Assembly (NCBI GenBank): GCA_964647905.1
Contig: CAZYJR010000020.1
Location: 577 to 64,576 of the forward strand
Source: an uncultured Desulfobacterales bacterium
Lineage (GTDB): Bacteria > Desulfobacterota > DSM-4660 > Desulfatiglandales > HGW-15
DNA length: 64,000 nucleotides
Reading direction: 5' to 3'
The notes under the pieces were generated by a model. That model saw only the letters and a list, made by a program, of their open reading frames with translations, was not told the origin of the DNA and did no database searches. The position numbers and the translations under genes were made by a program. Below are positions 55,893 to 63,516 of the stretch, in pieces (within the stretch, counting starts at the first letter, position 1; each line of letters begins with the position of its first letter).

Positions 55893-56854
55893 GCGATGCA
55901 ACGACGATCTTGAGAAACGGGCGTGTGGCGGTTGCGGGGGTGGGGCTCATGGGGCACGGCATAGCCCAGGTCTTCGCCCGCAGCGGCTGTCGCGTAAACC
56001 TCTACGATGTGAGCGAGGGTATCCTGAACAAGGCGCTCCGGAGCATCGAGAGAAACCTGGAGACCTTTGTAAGCGAGGGCCTTGAGACCGATTCCAGCGC
56101 AGGATGGGCCCTCTCCCGCATTAGGCCGGTGCTCGACCTCGAGCACGCGGTCCGGGAAGCCGATTTTGTGGTGGAAGCGGCCCCCGAGGACCCGGGAATC
56201 AAGAGGGATCTGTTCACCAGGCTGGACGCCGCCGCACCCGGACATGCAATCCTAGCCAGCAACACGTCCATGCTCTCCATATCAGAGTTCGGGGCGGGCT
56301 GCCGGGGAAGGGATCGCCATGTTATAACCCACTGGTTCAACCCTCCACATATCGTCCCGGTGGTGGAGGTGGTGGCCGGTGATGAGACCTCGGACGAGAC
56401 GGTGGAGATCACCCTGGCCCTGCTGAAGGCCGCCGGCAAGAGTCCTGTAAGGGTGAGAAAAGAGATCCCCGGCTTTTTGGTGAACCGCATCCAGACGGCC
56501 ATGTTCAGGGAGGTGCTCTCTCTCCTGGAGCAGGGCGTGGCCTCGGCTGAGGACATCGACACCGCGATCAAGGGGAGCTTCGGCCTGCGCTTGGGGGCCG
56601 TCGGGGTGCTGGAGACCATGGACATGGCCGGGCTGGACCTCATGCTGAACGGGACTGCGCACCTCTACCGGCACATCGAGAGCACGGACAAGCCCCAGAA
56701 GATCCTGGAGGAGAAGGTCTCCAAGGGGGAACTGGGGGTCAAGACCGGCAAGGGGTTCTACTCCTATGGCTCCCCCGCCGCTGAGGGTGACTCCAGGGAG
56801 GCGATCGATGCCAGAGACAGGAGGCTGCTTCGCCTCCTGAGGGCACGTTCTTAA
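55889..56854 (+). CDS. 3-hydroxyacyl-CoA dehydrogenase (NAD-binding, HBD-like)
   Basis: The proposed GTG start at 55889 overlaps the upstream stop (GTGA). VAVAGVGLMGHGIAQVFARSG, ASNTSMLSI, HWFNPPHIVPVVEVV. Confidence 0.85.
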   Translation: MSDATTILRNGRVAVAGVGLMGHGIAQVFARSGCRVNLYDVSEGILNKALRSIERNLETFVSEGLETDSSAGWALSRIRPVLDLEHAVREADFVVEAAPEDPGIKRDLFTRLDAAAPGHAILASNTSMLSISEFGAGCRGRDRHVITHWFNPPHIVPVVEVVAGDETSDETVEITLALLKAAGKSPVRVRKEIPGFLVNRIQTAMFREVLSLLEQGVASAEDIDTAIKGSFGLRLGAVGVLETMDMAGLDLMLNGTAHLYRHIESTDKPQKILEEKVSKGELGVKTGKGFYSYGSPAAEGDSREAIDARDRRLLRLLRARS

Positions 56855-56873
56855 TCAACCCGGTGCGGCCATA

Positions 56874-57029
56874 GCGGAGCAGATCTTCGGAGGCCTGGAA
56901 TGGCTTGCAGCCATGCGCTACTACAAGGGCGAGCGGATGGTAGCATACTACGGCTACTACAGTAATGTTTACGGAGGAAGACGGAAAGCCAAGGGGGAAG
57001 ACGATCTCATTCATAGGCTCTTCTTATGA
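56874..57029 (+). pseudogene. IS91-family (Y2-transposase) C-terminal remnant
   Basis: A short open frame reads ..IFGGLEWLAAMRYYKGERMVAYYGYYSNVYGGRRKAKGEDD.. This matches the ..F.PLEFLA.L..HIP.KG...VRYYG.YSN..RG.RK.. tail of IS91-family transposases, with an apparent internal deletion. No start codon is present. Confidence 0.45.
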
Positions 57030-57120
57030 GCCGCAGGGGCCTCGACAATCGCTTGCATTTGGTCCATGCTAGTACACGAATTCAGGGTCCTGAAGAGGAC
57101 CGAATCGCGGGAGGCGGGGC

Positions 57121-57948
57121 ATGAACCAAGGGGAGATCGGGATATACGTGAACGAGAGGCCCATGTCGGTCGAACAGGGCGCGACCGTCGGCGAGTTGCG
57201 GGACCGGGTGAAGCCCGGGGCGGACGTCCTGGTGGTGAACGGTTTCCCTTCGGAGTCCGAGACCGTGATCCGGGAGCGGGACAAGGTGGTCCTGATCAAG
57301 AGGGGGGAGAGGCCTTCCCGCCGGGAGCTGGAGATCCTCATGGCCGCCAGGCACACACCCGGAGTGCACGAACGGATGCGGGAGGCGCGGGTGGGAGTGG
57401 CCGGACTGGGCGGGCTGGGCTCTTCGGTGGTGATCGCCCTGGCCCGCATGGGGGTGGGGGAGCTGGTGGTTGCGGACTTTGACGTGGTGGAGCCGAGCAA
57501 CCTCAACAGGCAGCAGTATACAGTGGATGACATCGGCATGCCCAAGACCGAGGCAATGTCCCGGCAGGTGGCGGTTATCAATCCTTGTGTAAGGCTCGAG
57601 GCCCACCGGGTGGTGCTCGAGCCGGGAAACATCCCCGAGGTCTTCTCAGGGGTGGAGGTGCTGGTGGAGTGCCTGGACAGGGCCGAGGCCAAGGCCATGT
57701 TCATAAGGGCCGCTTCTCAAGGCCTGCCCGGTACGTTTCTGGTCGGCGCCTCGGGTGTTGCCGGGTACGGTGACGGGAATTCGATCCGTACCGTTCGCCT
57801 GGGGGACCAGGTCTTCATGACAGGGGATATGGTGAGCGCGGCCCAGCCGGGCAGGGGGTTGATGGCCCCCCGCGTAGGAATAGCGGCCCACCATCAGGCC
57901 GACATGGTGGTCAGTCTCCTCATGGAGGGTCAAGAGACTAGGCCTTGA
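57121..57948 (+). CDS. thiF: ThiS-like ubiquitin-fold domain fused to ThiF (sulfur-carrier adenylyltransferase)
   Basis: The N-terminal ~65 aa is ThiS-like (IYVNERPMSVEQGATVGELR...VVLIKRG). The E1-like domain follows: GVAGLGGLGSSVVIALARMGVGELVVADFDVVEPSNLNRQQY. Confidence 0.85.
   Translation: MNQGEIGIYVNERPMSVEQGATVGELRDRVKPGADVLVVNGFPSESETVIRERDKVVLIKRGERPSRRELEILMAARHTPGVHERMREARVGVAGLGGLGSSVVIALARMGVGELVVADFDVVEPSNLNRQQYTVDDIGMPKTEAMSRQVAVINPCVRLEAHRVVLEPGNIPEVFSGVEVLVECLDRAEAKAMFIRAASQGLPGTFLVGASGVAGYGDGNSIRTVRLGDQVFMTGDMVSAAQPGRGLMAPRVGIAAHHQADMVVSLLMEGQETRP
57861..57925 (+). repeat. Direct repeat copy 1 (last ~22 codons of thiF); attL-like
   Basis: A 65-nt block has 62 of 65 positions identical to 62928-62992. 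Looser similarity continues to ~57950. The motif ATCAAAAGCTTGTGG follows at 57952-57966. Confidence 0.8.
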
Positions 57949-58061
57949 GGGATCAAAAGCTTGTGGCCTGCGGTTTCCTGGTGCGCTAGCCCGAGTTTCC
58001 TTCTTATCGTGAGGCAAGCCGGTATTATCTGAATAATCAGGATGATACGGCATGCCTCGCC

Positions 58062-58313
58062 TTACCCTAAAACCTCGATTTTGTCTTTGCTGAGGCCCAA
58101 AATCGCCAGGATCCGGTCTTGTAGCTCCGAGGTCTTCGTCAGTACGGTTTGCTGGCGCGCGGCCTTCTTCCCCCGCTTTTTGGGGTAGACGTTGATCACT
58201 TCCCGAATCGTATCGAGTTCTGTGAGGAAGCGCGGCATGGACAAGGTCAGACCGGCCCGGCTCACACGCCTCAGAGCCAATGCCCTCAGCAACAAGGCGA
58301 TCGTGCAGTACAA
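58062..58313 (-). pseudogene. IS1634/IS4-like transposase C-terminal fragment
   Basis: The 83 aa ORF ends ..LTELDTIREVINVYPKKRGKKAARQQTVLTKTSELQDRILAILGLSKD. It has the same C-terminal architecture as the intact transposase at 59505..61199. The catalytic region is missing. Confidence 0.55.
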
Positions 58314-58382
58314 ACAGTGGACGCGGATTTTCGGAATCCGTCCAGTGGTGAAGCGGCCACCAGCTCCCGGTCCGCCGCTCCT

Positions 58383-58883
58383 TTATGAACGATTATCCTC
58401 GCCAACGATTTGCAAAGCAGCCGTGATTATATTATCGGACACTCTAAACCCGTTTGAGCGAAGCGCCAATAACAAAGGCTCCACCTTTGAGGTCAGGCCC
58501 TTTTTTTTGGCTTTTATTATGATGGCTATTGTTCCAACAATGCTGATATTAAAGACCTCAGCACATTTCTTCGCTGCCTTGTCATCTATCGCGGCTGCAA
58601 AATCCTTGTTCTGAAAGGCAAAAGCGATGACCTGGGATTCACCTTTGCCGAGGTTCCACTCAAATATTATTGCCGGAACTTCTATCCTCCTGAGCTTTGC
58701 CTGATAATCCTGGGCTTTGAGCCATTCAATAGCCGGATCATGCTCCTTATGGGCATTTATTTCCTCAAAAACACCCTCCGGGATAACGAGTTGTTCAAAC
58801 AAGCCCGACAGAAAATCAGCGCAGCCGATTTTGGCAAGGGATATAATCGGAGAAGCATTGACTACAAGCTTATCCGACTTCAT
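58383..58883 (-). CDS. DUF3368-family PIN-like nuclease (putative toxin)
   Basis: LVVNASPIISLAKIGCADFLSGLFEQLVIPEGVFEEI is the DUF3368/PIN-like N-terminal pattern. It overlaps the upstream UPF0175 gene by 14 nt. Confidence 0.7.
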   Translation of the reverse strand: MKSDKLVVNASPIISLAKIGCADFLSGLFEQLVIPEGVFEEINAHKEHDPAIEWLKAQDYQAKLRRIEVPAIIFEWNLGKGESQVIAFAFQNKDFAAAIDDKAAKKCAEVFNISIVGTIAIIIKAKKKGLTSKVEPLLLALRSNGFRVSDNIITAALQIVGEDNRS

Positions 58884-59115
58884 CGATCAACTCCTCAGGC
58901 GTGAGTTGATAAGGTGAAACTTTATGTTCATATAAATGCTCAAGAAATTCCTGCCGTGATATATCGGCGATTTCAGCAGCCTTGGACTGAGAAATTCTGC
59001 CGTCCTCATACCATTTGACCAGGGCTGTTATTTTCATTGATCGGACAAATTCAGCAGGCGTCTGTTTGAATGCCGCAAACGCTGTGTCCGGCACATCTAC
59101 TGTCAATTGTGTCAT
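58870..59115 (-). CDS. UPF0175-family protein (putative antitoxin partner of DUF3368)
   Basis: 81 aa: ..KITALVKWYEDGRISQSKAAEIADISRQEFLEHLYEHKVSP.., the characteristic UPF0175 HTH-like core. Confidence 0.7.
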   Translation of the reverse strand: MTQLTVDVPDTAFAAFKQTPAEFVRSMKITALVKWYEDGRISQSKAAEIADISRQEFLEHLYEHKVSPYQLTPEELIDEVG

Positions 59116-59479
59116 GGGTCAGGCCCTCCTGAAATTATATAATCCAATATCCATTTGATATACAACTTGGATTTCGCTCTTTGAAAATGGCCGTTCTTCT
59201 TTTTCGTGCTGAATTTGGTTCATCGACGCGGAAAGAGGGATTCTCAAAATCCGCTCCGGAACCGGCCGTACCGCATCCCTGGGCACAGGCTGGCATGAGG
59301 GCGAAGTTGTCAAGGCCATGCGCCTTCTGGGTTGGCTCCGCCAAGCCTTGACAGGCTTGCCTGGCTCGTGCCCTGCAGAATTGCGGGCGATGGGCGGGAT
59401 GCTCCTTGTCATTGGGTCGTCTGCCAAATTCCGGTTCAAATGTCGAAGAGGCATATTCATTTGATCTAGGCCCAACCAG

Positions 59480-61400
59480 TTATTGTTCTAATTGCATTAG
59501 CTGCTTAGCTGCTTTTAGAAAGATATTGGTATGTATAGCATTCCTCCGGAACATCAAGTATCGATAGAATATCGCGCTGTAGCTCGTTAAGCTTGGAAAC
59601 GAAACCATATAATTTACCATCAGGAAGATTCATTTCTCCCTTCACAACGAATTCGAACTCTTTAAGAAGATATTCGGTCCTTGGCTTTCGCACATTTTTT
59701 CTGTTTGGCATGAAGTCATCAAGGCCTTTGTCCCTTTCGTTGATATTTTTTCTTGCTGTTCTCTCGATCAAGACAATGACTTGTAGGGCGATTTTAAAGA
59801 GTAGTAATAGTGCTTCAATTCGCTCAGGTGTATGGAGATAAATTGGCTCAAGGTTATAACTACTTTTAACTCTTCGGTTGATGTGCTCACTTTTGTATTG
59901 GTTCTTATGGGCCATCATTGCATCAGTGATAGATAGATCCTCTTGCGGCTTGTTTGTTATAAGGGGATAATACCCGCAGTAATATAGTTCACTTTCATAT
60001 GCTTTTTCGTCGAAGAGCAGTTTTAAACTGAAGTGATCGTTCACAACTTCAGTTTTTTGCGGAAGGTTGTTTTTTGAGGGACGCCCTCTCTTGGCATTCT
60101 TATATGATATAGTAGGATTATTGATTATATTGTATTCAAAAAAACCTGATGTATGATGCTTTTTTAAAACTTGGTCACATGCTTTTTGAATACTTTCTTT
60201 AGTTTTTAGGTTGTATTTATTCAATTTATTGCTAATTTCATTGAATGCAATGCGTGTTTTTTCTATGCGAGCATCAATCGTTTTGCGTTTCCTGGCAGAT
60301 AAAGCCTGATCATAAAGAATGATCATTCGGAAAGCGTACTCCTTCTCCTCATGTGTCACACGGAGAGGAACTTCAAAACCACGATTCATTTGTTCTTTGT
60401 ACGGTATAAGAACTTCTTGTTTGTGCTGTTCCAATGCTTCATTAAGTGCATTTTTATAGGTGTCATACATCGGTGCTGGCGCAATGAAGAACCCCTCGTT
60501 GTCGTGTATATGCGCCATATTGTCTTTGGTGATGAGTTTTGAGTCGGCAACATAAAGAAAATCACGGTTACCCAAAAGGTCGATTAGATTGTTCCATTGC
60601 TCAACATATGTCGTCACATCTGCGGTGTTTCCACTGTAAGCCTTTTGAAATAATGGGAATGCACTGTCAGAGCTGACAGACAATGACCAGACTAGCTGCT
60701 TCAAATCTTCGCGATACTTTTTGCTGTACCCAAAAGAGATTTTGATACTCTCATTGGTTCTATTTTTGTCACAGTTGCCGTAAACGGAAGCCGAAGTAGT
60801 ATCATTATGGCAAAGCTTTGATTGAATTTCAAATTCTTCGATCATGCGCTGGGTTAACTGCGTTTCAAGGTTCTCAATGCCATAACCGTATACAGCATCT
60901 AATGTATCAGCTAATCGATCATCGAAGTATTCATAGTGTGGTATATCAGGATAGATGGTTTCAAGGACTGTAGTCTTCTTTGCAAACTTGCAAAGTCTAT
61001 AAAGTTGCAATACCTGAAACATAACACCCGTAATCATGGCGACACAGGCTTGCCCATGAGAGAGCACTTTCCTCCTCGGATCAAGTGGCACGTTTTCATC
61101 AATGATCTCAGCGATGCCGCATCTTTCGAAGTAATGTTGGAGTATGGGGGCAAAGCCAACGCCTTTGGTCTCAACGTCTTCCAGTATGCCTTCGGCCATC
61201 GGTAGGGTATCCTTTCCTTGGAATTTTAGAAGGATACCCTGCCATAATGAGAAGAAGGTGTCCAGAAGCCTTACTATCGATTACGGCCTTTTAGAGAAAC
61301 TTATGATCCTCAACCGCTCAAAAACTCGATTTTTAGCTGTTTTTCAGCCAAAAGCTAAATTTCCTAAACGACCAAGAACAAAGAGCGAAATGTGAGATAC
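59480..61400 (-). mobile_element. IS1634-family insertion sequence (ends not resolved)
   Basis: The span covers the transposase gene plus AT-rich flanks. The truncated SBP pseudogene ends at 61449, suggesting the upstream IS end lies at ~61400-61445. I could not identify terminal inverted repeats by eye. Confidence 0.5.
59505..61199 (-). CDS. IS1634-family (IS4-related) DDE transposase, apparently intact
   Basis: 564 aa from an AT-rich gene. The N-terminus GFAPILQHYFERCGIAEIIDENVPLDPRRKVLSHGQACVAMITGVMFQVLQLYRL is typical of IS1634-type transposases. FLYVADSKLITKDN marks the DDE Asp region. Confidence 0.85.
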   Translation of the reverse strand: MAEGILEDVETKGVGFAPILQHYFERCGIAEIIDENVPLDPRRKVLSHGQACVAMITGVMFQVLQLYRLCKFAKKTTVLETIYPDIPHYEYFDDRLADTLDAVYGYGIENLETQLTQRMIEEFEIQSKLCHNDTTSASVYGNCDKNRTNESIKISFGYSKKYREDLKQLVWSLSVSSDSAFPLFQKAYSGNTADVTTYVEQWNNLIDLLGNRDFLYVADSKLITKDNMAHIHDNEGFFIAPAPMYDTYKNALNEALEQHKQEVLIPYKEQMNRGFEVPLRVTHEEKEYAFRMIILYDQALSARKRKTIDARIEKTRIAFNEISNKLNKYNLKTKESIQKACDQVLKKHHTSGFFEYNIINNPTISYKNAKRGRPSKNNLPQKTEVVNDHFSLKLLFDEKAYESELYYCGYYPLITNKPQEDLSITDAMMAHKNQYKSEHINRRVKSSYNLEPIYLHTPERIEALLLLFKIALQVIVLIERTARKNINERDKGLDDFMPNRKNVRKPRTEYLLKEFEFVVKGEMNLPDGKLYGFVSKLNELQRDILSILDVPEECYTYQYLSKSS

Positions 61401-61448
61401 AATCTTAATATATCATAAGTACGCGCTCAGGCAACAGTCAATTCGTAG

Positions 61449-61751
61449 TCAGTAGTCGGTGGCGAAGTATGAGGCGGTTTCCGCGGTTTTCTTGTGGGGG
61501 AAGGAGGCGAACACCTTGCCGCTGCGGACCCGGTGCCCGCAGGCACCCCACGTGGCAAACGTGAAGGCCGTGTCAAGACCGGACGCCGCGAATGCCCGGC
61601 GAACCACTTCGGCCGTGAAGCCGCAGTCCGGAAGCTACTTGGAAACGTACGGGTCCCACTCTCCGGTCGCGATGGTGACGGTCTCCGCCGCCGCCGAAAA
61701 CCCGAACAACTGAACGGCGCACACCAGCAGAACGGCCCATTTCATCCTCAT
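61449..61751 (-). pseudogene. Solute-binding protein (family-3/PAAT-like) 5' fragment with an internal TAG, truncated next to the IS
   Basis: Minus-strand translation gives MRMKWAVLLVCAVQLFGFSAAAETVTIATGEWDPYVSK-TAG(61635-61637)-LPDCGFTAEVVRRAFAASGLDTAFTFATWG.... This shows a signal peptide and the ATGEW.PY motif of SBP_bac_3 proteins. Only about 100 codons remain. Confidence 0.6.
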
Positions 61752-61788
61752 GAGTAGTTGGTTTCGCCCTGATCCCCAAACCGATTGG

Positions 61789-62238
61789 CTACTCCATTTC
61801 CCGTAATTTGGCCAGATCGGAGCGGTCCTGGCTTCGGTTGGATATCTCCTTTGACTTGATCAAGTTGGCCCGGTCAATGAAGTTCACCGTCTGTCCACCA
61901 TAGGCCCCTTGAACCCGGTTTTCCCAGATCTTCCTGAAATCGAGGCCTTTCAGCGAGGTAATGATGTCGATTCGAACAGGCTCGTATCCGAGTTGGACGA
62001 TTTTGTCCGGTGTGGAGAAATCGTCGGGAGTCAGGTCCAGTGACCCGAATCCGAAGTCCTGGAGGGCGCGCAATATCTTTTCCGCGTTTTCGAAGCTGGC
62101 TTCAACAAGAATGTCGATGTCCTTCGTATATCGGGGTTCCACATGATAGGCTAAAGCAAAGGCGCCGATAATGCAGTACTTGACGTTATGCTTGTTCAAC
62201 AACGCTAAGAACTCTTCGTAGTCTTTTTCCGTTTTCAT
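61789..62238 (-). CDS. Nucleotidyltransferase-fold protein (TA-associated type, family not resolved)
   Basis: 149 aa: ..YCIIGAFALAYHVEPRYTKDIDILVE.. is the G.(x)n.DxD NTase pattern. Confidence 0.55.
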   Translation of the reverse strand: MKTEKDYEEFLALLNKHNVKYCIIGAFALAYHVEPRYTKDIDILVEASFENAEKILRALQDFGFGSLDLTPDDFSTPDKIVQLGYEPVRIDIITSLKGLDFRKIWENRVQGAYGGQTVNFIDRANLIKSKEISNRSQDRSDLAKLREME

Positions 62239-62389
62239 CCGGGACCACCCCCGAAGCCCCGAAATGGGCCTCCCGCAGAAACTGAACGGTCTCTACCCGT
62301 TGGGCTGCGGTCATGCTGTTGTAGTATTGCCTGTCAAACCTGTCGGCCGCTGCGAACGAGTCTGCCTTGTTTACCCAGATTATTTTCAT
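62186..62389 (-). CDS. Small hypothetical protein upstream of, and overlapping, the nucleotidyltransferase gene
   Basis: 67 aa, MKIIWVNKADSFAAADRFDRQYYNSMTAAQRVETVQFLREAHFG... It overlaps the NTase ORF by 53 nt in another frame. The partner role is inferred from position only. Confidence 0.4.
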   Translation of the reverse strand: MKIIWVNKADSFAAADRFDRQYYNSMTAAQRVETVQFLREAHFGASGVVPDENGKRLRRVLSVVEQA

Positions 62390-62927
62390 AACTAACCTAT
62401 AACATTAACTTTTATGGATATCAACCCATAAACGCGGAATATCGCGATGGCGTAACCGGACCCTGCCGTCCCTTCCTTCAGGGATCCCCGTAACACCGTC
62501 GGCGTTGAGGTGCATGGTGAACACCGACGGGTCTTCGGGGCGGATCGTGCCGACGGCGTCGTCCATAGACTCGTCTGCAGGTTTCCATGATCAACCCATA
62601 CCCTTGAAACCATGGATGTCAAAATCCATCTCGGGATTCACGGCATGGGTCCGCATTTTTCCGACTCTTCCAGATTTTGAATTGAATGATTTCGATTGTA
62701 GCACTCAGACCCCTAAATTTCCATATTAACCCTAAGCTTCCTGAAAATCGACCAAAGTCAAGCCAGGACCGAAGAAAATGAGCCATTTTGGTTAGTACAA
62801 CAATATGTAGTGGTCAGGAAAAAGCTCGTTGGGGTGAGGGTGGTGTGTACGAGGAAGTGAACGCCGTTTGATGGGGCATTTCGAAGAACAGGGATGGCAA
62901 GGGATCCACATCAAAAAGCTTGTGGGT

Positions 62928-62992
62928 GATGGCCCCCCGCGTGGGCATGGCGGCCCACCATCAGGCCGACATGGTGGTCAGTCTCCTCATGG
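62928..62992 (+). repeat. Direct repeat copy 2 (orphan thiF 3'-end-like sequence); attR-like
   Basis: 62 of 65 positions are identical to 57861-57925. All three differences fall on third codon positions of the thiF frame (GTA/GTG, GGA/GGC, ATA/ATG). It is preceded by ATCAAAAAGCTTGTGG at 62910-62925. Confidence 0.8.
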
Positions 62993-63014
62993 CAAGAGGC
63001 CAGGCCCTGAGGAG

Positions 63015-63266
63015 TCAGGTGCCCAACTCGACTGTCCGGTGGGGTCTCGGGGGGCGGAGCTCAAAGACCGCATCCGGTATACGGCGGTTGAACGCGATCT
63101 TCTCGTTTCTGAACCGGACCCCGCCGCGGCCGGGGACGCGCATGTCCACTTTTTCGGCGTACGCTGTTCCGTCCTCCTCGGTGAACCCCTGAAAGGACGC
63201 CTTGAATCCGGTTTCAGTGAACACCACCTCCCTCGGATTCCGCCCCGCAGGGCCGCCTACCACCAC
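63015..63266 (-). CDS. LolA/LolB-like (DUF4292-like) C-terminal domain; probably the 3' part of a longer, disrupted gene
   Basis: ..FKASFQGFTEEDGTAYAEKVDMRVP...IAFNRRIPDAVFELRPP resembles the C-terminal strands of lipoprotein-sorting-fold proteins. The same frame stays open upstream to ~63500 (..DPRTAWAFLRGYPELPDDWAVSEIKHDRFLV..) without a convincing start. Confidence 0.35.
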   Translation of the reverse strand: MVVGGPAGRNPREVVFTETGFKASFQGFTEEDGTAYAEKVDMRVPGRGGVRFRNEKIAFNRRIPDAVFELRPPRPHRTVELGT

Positions 63267-63516
63267 CCAACGGCCGGGCGACCCTGTCCCGCTCGTGACC
63301 AGGAACCGGTCGTGCTTTATCTCCGAGACGGCCCAGTCATCCGGGAGTTCGGGGTAACCGCGCAGGAAGGCCCAGGCCGTGCGTGGATCCGGGGACCCGG
63401 GCAGAAAGCGGTCCGTGGAGTGAGGCGGCCTTCTCCAGGTGCTCGAGGGCCTTTTCGTATTCGCCCTTCTGGAAGTAGACCCAGCCCAAACTGTCTACTA
63501 TATAGCCGCTCTCCGG

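Larger units (their letters stand above)
57926..62927. mobile_element. ~5 kb inserted accessory segment bracketed by the thiF-3'-end direct repeats (decayed integrative element colonised by an IS)
   Basis: It is bounded by the two repeat copies and is AT-richer than the flanks. It contains a transposase fragment, a DUF3368/UPF0175 pair, an intact IS1634-family transposase, a truncated SBP pseudogene and a nucleotidyltransferase pair. No integrase is present. Confidence 0.6.

Noticed and set aside
56855-57120. A possible TPP (THI-box) riboswitch upstream of thiS-thiF, and the GGTCCT-GAAG-AGGACC hairpin at 57086-57101
   Set aside because: No CUGAGA / ACCUGAUCUGGAUAAUGCCAGCG-like THI-box elements are visible. 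Most of the interval is explained by an IS91-like remnant. The 6-bp hairpin alone is not diagnostic.
59119-59475. A GC-rich patch with ORFs on both strands (118 aa minus; a plus-strand frame reading ..GWHEGEVVKAMRLLGWLRQAL..) between the UPF0175 gene and the IS
   Set aside because: No family is recognisable in any frame, and there is no start or RBS context. It is probably a fragment of a disrupted host or element gene, and is left unannotated.
62392-62622. A 76 aa minus-strand ORF, and an alternative frame reading MDDAVGTIRPEDPSVFTMHLNADGV..
   Set aside because: The frames are short and overlapping, with no recognisable family and poor start context. This is probably gene debris within the insertion.
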